A DNA stretch of 64,000 nucleotides from Felis catus. Its lineage: Eukaryota. The notes under the pieces are model-generated. The model saw nothing but the letters and a program-made list of their open reading frames with translations, was not told the origin of the DNA and searched no databases. The position numbers and the translations under genes were made by a program. The stretch is from contig NC_058375.1 in NCBI RefSeq assembly GCF_018350175.1, positions 372,001 to 436,000 of the forward strand, read 5' to 3'. Positions 1-9,200 of the stretch are shown here, piece by piece; position 1 is the first letter of the stretch; each line of letters begins with the position of its first letter.

Positions 1-639
1 CGATGCTCCTTTCTACTAAAGCCAGATTACACCAAGTCTCACTGACCTGGAACAAACACAGTACCCACCTGGCCCATCGCTGCGCTGTGTTCTCACGCAC
101 TTAGTAGCTCTACTCCCACTAGGCTTTACCCCTCTTTGGCTGTTCCATGCCTGGGCCCAGAAAGTGGCTGGGAACTGGACTTGAATTAAATACAGACCAG
201 CTAGGTGGCATCCAGTGAAAAAGGAGCTACAAGTTCACGTCTCTTGAAGCTGAGAGGGTGCAGGTAACCGGCAGAGGTGGAAAGTGGGCCGGCACAGAGG
301 AGGAACTGGCCCAGGGCCCAACGTGAGCGCTAGTCGGCAAGGCCCACGGTGGAGCCAGCCGACTGGAGCTTCCCAGTCTTACGGCCTGAATTTTCTCTCA
401 GCTACTACCCCAAGAGACATAACCCTAAGGACACTCATTCCTGCTGGAATTTACGGAACAGTTTGGGTACTGATTACGGGTGAAGCGGCGGGCTCGATGG
501 CAGCCACCCCAACACCAATTCCCAGGATACATTTACAAACCAAGATCTATGCCGGCTAGTCCTGGAGGTGCCCGCAAGCGTGCCACTAACAGGAGGGCCT
601 TCCGTGGGAGCCCCAGCCGTGAGGCCAACCAAATCCCCA

Positions 640-1500
640 AGCTGGCCGCAGGACCACCCCGGCCCGGAGCCCCGGGCGCCCCGCCGTAACCGACCTCAGG
701 TTCCGCGCACGGAAGCTCCAGGCCCGGGCCCCTCGAGCGGCAGATCGAACGGCGACAAGCCCCGCGGCGGCCCCGCACCCTCCGCGCGGGCCGGTTCCAG
801 CGGGGCGGACGCGCGGCCGAAGCCCCGGTTCAGGCCCGCGCCGCTGGCTCACCTCTCCCCGTCGCCGCGCGTGGGCCGCCGCCGCGCTCAGGCTCGCCGT
901 GGTCGAGACCGGAGCAGGGAAGGAAGAGCGTGGCCCGCGCCGGAGAGTCTCACCGCGCCGGGAGCGAGCCCACCGCACCGCTGCAGCGCCTCCGCCACCG
1001 CCACCGCCGCCGCCTAAGCTTGCAAGATGGCCGTTCACGGGGCGGGCGGGGGAACTGTGCTCACCCCCACTTCCGATTCCGGTGCGCCGTGCCCCGGGGT
1101 GGCCGCTCTAGCCGGACGGGCGGACGTCGCCTGCGTCTCGCTGCCGCCTCGCGCCCCGCAAGGGAGAGAGCGTCGGCGCGTGCGCACTAGCGGGCAGCTC
1201 CTTGGGGCGGGGGCCGCGGGAAGGTGGGCGCATGCGCTTCGGCGGGCAGCTCCGGGCGGTCGGCTCTCTGGTGTCTCCGCTGATCTGGTCAGGCCGCCAG
1301 GGCCCTCCTGGGCATCTTTCCGCTACAGCGTTGTCGGCGGGCGGCCCCAGGGGTTGTCAGCGGCCGCAGGGGTCCCGGATCCCCTCACTCTGCACACTAC
1401 CTCCCCATGAACCCTGGCCGAGAGCGGGGCGCGCCAATCCCAGGAAGACAGACAAGCTCCGTCAAAGGGTGTCTCCGGAGGTGCCGGCGTGAACTCCTCC
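640..1500. promoter_or_regulatory. CpG island promoter (probable UBE2J2 5' end)
   Basis: Very CpG-dense. YY1 motif CAAGATGGC at 1023-1031, ETS/GABP ACTTCCG at 1069-1075, NRF1 GCGCATGCGC at 1228-1237, GC boxes. Confidence 0.8.
954..1035 (-). other. UBE2J2: Probable non-coding first exon of UBE2J2 (coding part lies left of the window)
   Basis: Minus-strand GCCATCTTG initiator-like start and GGC-rich leader, followed by donor cgcg|GTGAGA (intron starts 953); alternative donor gagag|GTGAGC at 852. Identity rests only on conserved gene order (UBE2J2 precedes SCNN1D in mammals); no coding sequence is visible. Confidence 0.5.
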
Positions 1501-4500
1501 TTGAGTTCACTGGGACCCCGACCCTCCCACCATGCTACCCTCCACGGGATGGGAGCAATCCGGCCTGGGGAGCGCAGTCCTTGTGCCCACTTAACAGGAG
1601 AGAGCTGGAGGCGCTAGAATCCTCCGGCCCCATCAGTAACTGAACCTGCCCAGGGCCCCTGAGAGTCACGTCCTGAATCTCCTTGTCTGGCCACCAGTGA
1701 GGCATGGGGATGGGGAGCATTGCCAGAACCTGGGCCAGGTGGGGTCTGCCATGGGCAAGCCTGGCCAGCCCCTGCCTATGGGGAGAGCTGGCCTCATAAA
1801 AATAGTTTCACTGTTTCCCCAACTGAATTTTCCACCCAGCCCATGAATGGGGTCATTATGCAACAGTGGACACTGCACTGAGGCTTGCTTTCTGCTCCCA
1901 CAGTCCCCTCCCTGGCCCTGGGGTGGGGGGGGGGGGAGGCAGAGCCTGGCCACTGTGAGTATGCCTGAAGCAGTTAGGTGCAGCTGCTGCTCCCAGGGCC
2001 AGCATCAAAAGGGTCCTGATTGCAGAGGCCTGGGGCTGGCCCTCTCTGCTCCTCAAGAGTGCCGTGGGGGAAGGCTTGGAGGGACGTGAGGATGGCACAC
2101 AGGAGGTAGGAGAGTTGGTGTCTGAACGCAGGGTGGGCTGGGCAGCTGAGTAAGCCAGCATACGTACTGCCTCCTGCCCTCCCTGGAGAGAAAACCCGGG
2201 ACAGGGCCAAGCGGGGGCTGGGGTATCCACTCATAGGTTGTTTCAGGGGAAGTGCTGCATATCGACTGTGAGGCAGGTGGTAATCATCAGCCTGGACAGG
2301 TCTGGAAACCACGTGCCGGACTGCATGGCTCTGTGGGACAACGCTGGTGTTCCAAACCCTTCACCAAGCCCCTGAGTGCCTCTCGGTACAGGCCACAAGT
2401 CAGCGAGGTGACTGATCACACAACCATTAACAGATGCCAGCAGAGGGCAGGCAGCCATGCTTACCCTTGACCCTGGCCCACCCGGGGCATCTCAGGCAGG
2501 ATCTGGCCCCAGGCCCTGGGCAGAACCCAGAAGGAGTGCCCATCGTCCCCCAGTCTGCTGCCAGGTGAGTCGACCCGTGGGAATCCAGCCTGCTTCCGCT
2601 TTCTACCACGTCACCCAGTCCTGGCCTGCCTGCCTGGTGGGGAGGCCGGCGGTTTCTGGGGCTTGGCCTCCTGCTGCGACACTGCGCATCGTGCCTGTGC
2701 CTTCACTCCTCTGCCTCCTCCGAGAGCTCTGCCTTCCCCATGCAGGGCGGACCCAGCTCTTTTTAGCACATGGAAAGTTATGTAAGGGAGGCTACCCCGG
2801 GGCACCTGGGGTTCAAGCACAGGTGTGTCTGGCACGCACCCACGCGCACCTGCAGAGCATAGGCAGTGGCGGTACGGGCCTGGGTCCTCGGGCAGGTAGA
2901 GGCACTCTCCTGCCTCAGTTGGTCCCTGTGTAAAGTGGGGGAGCCAGTGGGGTTGCATCTTGATGGGAAAGCTCAGTTCAGAACCCCCCAGCATCAGTCC
3001 CAACCTCCTGATCACCAAGCACCCTTGAGTCACACCTGAGGAAGAAGGTTCCCGAGACAGATGTGGCCACCAGGTCCTGCCAAGACCCTCGCCCACCGGC
3101 CCCACCTATGCTGCCCTCCGGGCCAACAAGGCCCACGCTGCCCAGGACTCTGGCCGTAGAGCTGGTGGCCTCAGCAGTCAGGCAGGAGTGGGCAGCTAGG
3201 CTGGCAGTTAACGACAACTGAGACCTTCTCAAACCCCAAAGCCACCCTTCTGGAGAAGAAGCTGGAGCTAACCTTCCTGCCAGACTTCCTTCCAACCACT
3301 GCCACTTCCGCCAATGGCCAAGCTGCAGGGAGAAGATGGCCATGCTCACTCCTGAGCATCTTGGGTCCAGGATCCATGCTCCGTGTCAGAAGAGCTGCCA
3401 GGAAGCCAAGAGGGTTAGAGCCAAGAAAACACACCCCCCCACCACCACCGGTTGCCACCCCCACCCCAGGGCAGGACCTGAGGGTCTCAGTTGCATGTGA
3501 CCAGTAGGGACCATGGGACCAGGGCTCAAGAGAGGGTACCAAAGAGCCAGCCTGGAGGTGACCAGGCAGGAAGTGTGCACACCCCACCCCTTCCAGTGGG
3601 AACACTGGGCAGACCCTGAGCTCCACCCACCCCCAACTGCCCGGAGGCACCTCAGGGAGCCCCCTCTGTGCTGGTCAGAGCCTCTGCTTAACACTGTGGT
3701 CAGTGCTTGGGGGAGTGAGGGGACTCTGCATTTGCACCAGGAAGGCCCCTCACCCTCCTGGAAGCAGGTGGGCCAGCCCCAGGCCCAGGGAGGATGACCC
3801 CCACCCGCCCATGCCCACCGGGAATCCAGCACACATGCAGGGGCCGTGGGCTCGACTTCACTTCTGTCACACCAGAATCTCCTAGGACCAACTCTGAGCT
3901 GCCCGAGGGTAGGGCCACCCACGGAGGAATGAGCTGAGCCTGGGGGCCCCATGCAACACCAGCACCGACAGTGTCCAGGAGAGCCCCAGCCTGAACGGGG
4001 ACACCTTGGCACCCCTAGACCCAGCCTCAGTGGAGGCTGGCTCTCAAAGTCCCGATGGGGGGTGTACTCCAGGTGAGGCCAGCATCCTACTGTCCCGCGG
4101 AGAGGGTGGAGTGCGTGGGGCCTCTGAGGCGTCCACACATCCCTTCAACACACAGCTATAGAGGAGTGACCGCATGGGCCCACACTGTGCCAGGGGCTGG
4201 GGACGCCTTCTTCCTCAGGTGCCCCTGTGCCCGGAAGAGAGGCGGGGCTGCTGGCCTCAATGCCACTAGATGCAGTCTCTGTGTCCTCTATGGCCTCTCA
4301 GAGATGGGCTCTGGGGTGGCCTCCTCCCCTCCCCACTGGTTGCTGACCCTTGGCCCTGGCACCTTCTGTTGGCCCCTTGGCAGTCCTCAAGGTGTTTCCC
4401 CAGGAGGAGGGAAGGAAGGTTTGTGCCTTCTGCCTGGATGAGCTCAGGGCACTGAGTTTCCTCGGGGCACTCGACTCGAGTCCTTCAGGGCACTGGGCAT

Positions 4501-4930
4501 CGATCGGCACAGGCGTGCCTCTGTCCCCTGGCCGGGGCTCTTTCTCCCACAGGAACGCAGGGGCTCCCTCCAAGCTCCCTCCACGCTGCCCTTGGCTGGC
4601 AGGGACTCTGGCCAGACCTGAGCCGGGGCCTCCAGGGCCGTCCTTCCTGGAGGCTCGTTTCTTCAGCCTCCTGAGCCACAGGTTACCCCTGTTCTCCTTC
4701 CAGAGCACCTGGGACCTTCCCGTGCTGCTAGGAGGCCTCCCGCAGGACAGTGTGTGCCCCACCCCCTTGGTAACATCGCCTACCCCACAAAGGGTAATTG
4801 CTTGCGTGGTGGCAGAGGCCTGAGACACCCCAGGCCCGTGCTGAGGTTAGGGGCTATGATGCTTGGGGAGGGACCAGTGATATCAGCTGGTCCCACCTCT
4901 GAGCCTTGTGCAGGAAGAGGAAACAAAGGC

Positions 4931-5020
4931 CCATTCTGCACTTGAGGAAATGGGCTCAGAGAGGTTGAGTAATTTGGGCAAAGTCCCACAGTAAGTGACA
5001 GAGATGTGATTTGTACCCAC
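4931..5020 (+). mobile_element. MIR SINE fragment
   Basis: ccattctgcacttgaggaaatgggctcagagaggttgagtaatttgggcaaagtcccacag...gatttgtaccca resembles the MIR core consensus. Confidence 0.7.
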
Positions 5021-6124
5021 ACCCGCGTGAGTCCAAGGCCTGCTCTCCCCAGGCGTGAAGGCATGACTTCCCTCTCTAGGCATCACCAGTGGCCATCTGC
5101 CTCCTTCCAAAGCCACAAGGCTGATGACCCCACCCCTCCTCAGAGCCCAGGCGCCCTAGCAGGGCCTATTGGAAGTGGGGCTCCCTCCCTCATCCCCGCC
5201 GAGGGACTCAGCACCCATTGGGGGCAGGGTGTAGAGCCTGCCCTGGGGAGGGGGCAGTAGGGCCTGAGCTACGCCCTCAAACCTGGGATCAGGCTGAGGA
5301 TCTGGTCGCTTGGGATGGTGAGGCCTCTGGGTCATCCTGGGGACACGCTAGACCCCCCCCCCAACTGGGCCAGAGGGGTGGGGTGTCCTGGGTTGTCCTG
5401 CCTCTGGTGCACCGTCCGGCCTCACACAACGACAATGAGGCCAAGGACTTCAACCCCCCCCCGCCCAGACCGTGTGATTTGGCCTTGAGTGTGGTGTGCA
5501 TTGTCAGCATGTGGTCTCAGCGCGTATGTGGCCAAGACACGTGGTGTCTCATCTTCGTGGGAGGCGTGTTGTCTTAGCGTGTGGTGTGGTCAGCGGTGGC
5601 CATATTATATGGTAGGAAGGATGAAGTGTGTGCCACAGGCCACCAGGTGCTATCTCCACACCCAGGCCCTGGGTTGTTCCCACAATTAGAGCCTGTCCCA
5701 GCAGCTGGGCGGCTGGCCCTAGACACCTGAGTTCTGGGAGCGGAGGCCCCTGCCCAGTGCCCCTTGGCCACAGATACCTGTAGTCGGTGCTCGCAGTGTG
5801 AGCCAGGCAGGCGGTGGGGAGCAGGCACCCCTCCCGGGCCTGTCAGGAGGCAAGCGGGCAGACAGGCGAGGGGCCAGGGCACTGCAGGGTCTGCTGGGAG
5901 TCAGGTGTCTGACCCAAGAGAGATCTGAGCGTCAGGAGCTGGGGGAGGGGAAGGTCTGCTCCGAGAGAGGCAGGGCAGCCATCCAGGGGGGGCTCTTCTC
6001 CCTCCAAGAGCCCTTTACCCCTAGGCCTGGCGCCCAAGGCTCTGGGCAAGAAAGGCTCACCCAGGGGGAGGACCCCCATCCCTGCCCTCATGGCTTCCCC
6101 TTCCAGGTCCAGAGTGGGTGTGCC

Positions 6125-6185
6125 TGCCCCCGCCGGCCAGGCCCCTCCCCGCCTCACCCCACGCCCAGCCAGCCTGTTATAAATA
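6125..6185 (+). promoter_or_regulatory. SCNN1D proximal promoter: GC/CACCC boxes and TATA box
   Basis: TATAAATA at 6178-6185 preceded by CCCCGCC, CCCCTCCCCGCC and CCCCACGCCC; about 85 nt upstream of the ATG at 6270. Confidence 0.65.
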
Positions 6186-6269
6186 GGAGGCTGCCTGGCC
6201 AGTGTCGGGCCACATCCCACTTTGCCTTGTTACCCACTACAGCGTCATCAGGCCACCCACCACGGGAGA

Positions 6270-9200
6270 ATGGAGGCACCTGCACAGGAAGGCTCCAGCT
6301 TCAAGGTACCCAGGGGCACCTGATGTGCCCATGCCGGGGCAGGGAGGGAAGGTCTTCTCTGGGGGTCTCTCTAGCCTGAAGCGGAGGGCGCGGTGTCCCA
6401 CGTGTCACCTGGAGCACCAGCATGCACAAGGGGCGAGAGATGAGGGTCGTGTAGTCCCCACTGAGGGCTTGGTGCGTGTGACAGGAGAACGTGTATTTGC
6501 ACACGCACGTGCGTGTGCGAGTGTGTCCGAAGGGGCCGTCGCCCCTGCTCCTGCTGTGTCTGGCTTGAGGCTTCTCGGATCCCGAGTGCCCACATTCACC
6601 CCAGTGCATCCGGGGCCCTCTTCCCAGGTGTCTGGACCCCGCCCCTATCTCAGGAAGCCCTGGGGGCTCTCACTGGTCCTCCAGATCCCCATCTTCAGGG
6701 CCTCCCCTTTTCCTGCCTTGATAGCCCCAGCTGGGGCAGAAGGGGGCTGGTTTGGGCTACATGTGTGGGGGAGGGTAAACATGGTTCCTGGATTCAGAGA
6801 GAACCTTCTGGAGCTCCTCTTGCCTAACCTATAACACACAGCTGAGGCTCCTACCTCACCCGTGAAGGCCCGCTCTGATCATGGGGGACACGCATGTGAG
6901 CGGAGCTCTGTGCATGTGAGACCCACCATTAGCACCCTGTGCTGGTACCTGCTCCTGGCCAGGCACGAGGGAGGCCCGAAAACCTGAAGCTGGGAAGGGA
7001 GGCCAACCTACCCGCACCTGTACCTATGGCCCTGCGAAGCCATACCTACAGCCTGCTCCAACATGCAGGTTCCCGGAGCTCACGGGAGCAGCCTGTTTGG
7101 GTGTACCGGGCCGGGCGTGTGCTGGCAGATGCTGATCCGCTGCCCTTGGCTCAGCCCCCTCCCCAGGTGCCTCAGGAGGGGGCCAGAGCTCAGGAGGCCA
7201 TACCCTGGGTGCAAGAAGGCCTAGTGATTCAGATCAAGATGCGGACAATGTGGAAAGTCCACCGGAAGCCCATGCGGTGACTCAGCACATGTTCAGGGCT
7301 CACAGGCCTGGCCTAATCAGGGTCCCATGTCCCTGTGTGCCGGAGGAACTGGGGGTCTGGGGGCCCTGGTCTGTGGCTCTACTTCTCTGGGGCCCTCAGG
7401 TCCCCACCCCTGGCTGGCCCACTGACCCCTGCCTGCTCTTCCTGAAGCCCAAGGTCCACAAACAGGGCTTCGCTGGGGACACAACTTGGTAGATGACGCC
7501 TCGCTGTGGGCCCACGGCACTGAGCGACACATCAGGCCTGACCCTTGGCCCAGACGTGGCCGAGCAGCCTGCTTCTGTCCGTCCCAATCAAATGTGGCCG
7601 TACTGGCCACAATCAAATGTGGCCAGTGAGGGTTGGTAGAGGCCGTTGGGGCCCAGAGTTTGGTCTTTCCAGGGCCCCAGACTTTCCACATTGGCTCTGG
7701 GCCAAGGACACAACCCAGACAAGCAGGCCACCTGGCCTGCCCCTCCCCCAGAGGCCCCTGCCCCACTTAGGGGACAGTAGTAGAGACCCACCCAGCCTCA
7801 AGCCAGCCTGCAAACAGTTTCAGGCAGGGCTTAGACACCACACCCTCCACTGTCCCCATCCCCACCAGCCAGACCCAGCTCTGGCTGCGATGAGGCATGC
7901 CTGAGGAGGCCGCCTGGTGCCCGGCCAGGGGTTGGGGGGGGATGGCTGCAGGACTGGTCCCGAGCCTCTGATAGGGCCTCTTTCAAGCATCAGCAGGCTG
8001 GGCTGTGCCATAGGCGGCCGAGGGACACAACTGTCCCTAGAGTTCCCGGGGACAGAGAATGGAAGTCCCCCCAGCCTGGGGTGAGGAGGCCTGAGTGGGA
8101 GTCAGGCCAGGCACCAGGCAGGGGCCACACCAAAGCTTGCTTCTTGGGCGCAGGCAGGAGCTATGGCCCAGGCATCCGGTGGCTCCCCAGAGTCCCATGA
8201 TGCCCAGCTGCCACCGCCACCTCAGCCCGAGGACCAGGAGGGGCAAGGGGAGGGGCTCGTGGAGCTGCACGCCTCCTTCCGGGAGCTGTTCACCTTCTTC
8301 TGCACCAACGCCACCATCCATGGCGCCACCCGCCTCGTCTGCTCCAGCCAGAACCGCCTCAAGACGGCATCCTGGGGGCTGCTGTTCCTGGGTGCCCTGG
8401 GTGCACTCTACTGGCAGTTTGGGCTCCTCTTTGAGCAGTACTGGAGCTACCCGGTCATCATGACCGTGTCCGTGCACTCGGAGCGAAAGCTCTTCCCGTC
8501 GGTCACTCTGTGTGACATGAACCCACACAGGTGAGGGTTCCTGACTCCTCACCTCTGCAGCCCGCGGGTGTCTCCCCAGGCGTGGTCACAGTGGAAGCTC
8601 CACTGGCTCAGGAACCCTGAGCCTCTGGTTGGGGAGTGGGGGGTGGGACGGGTACCAGACAAGGAAGAGCCGGTTGGAGCTTGCAGTGGTCAGTGTCACC
8701 CAGACACCCAGGTGCTGGGCCGCCTGGAGCAAGGGTTCGGGTTGGGGGGTGCCGGAGAAGAGAGCAGGATAACATTCCAGGTGGGGAGGCAGAGGGGGCA
8801 AAGAGGGGGGGAGCAGTGGCTGTGCCGGAAGGTTGGTGGAGTGCACACGGGCTCCAGGCCAGGCAGGGGGCGGGGCGGGGGGGGGGGGGCCCGACCTCAC
8901 TCTGCAGCCCAGTTTGAAGCTCAGGCTTCCCGAGGATGGGGCGAGGCCGCTGTCCCCAGCGGTATCCCGTGACTGATGCGGGGGACTTTAGGGGGTGGCC
9001 CTGGCTCAGCTCCCCCCTCTCCCTCGCCCTGACCTCTCCACCCGCCAGGCCGAGCTCAGTCCGCCACCATCTGCAGGCACTCGATCGGTTCGCCCGGGAG
9101 AACATCCGCTCTCTCTACAAATTCAACTTCAGCGAGGACGGGGATGTCCCCCTTGCCGACGACCAGGGCCCACGGCCTGCCTTCTACCTGGACCGCAGCG

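Noticed and set aside
1500-6100. Extra upstream SCNN1D coding exons or a lncRNA as in the human long isoforms
   Set aside because: No recognisable homology or coherent splice chain; only MIR fragments and GC-rich unique sequence are visible.
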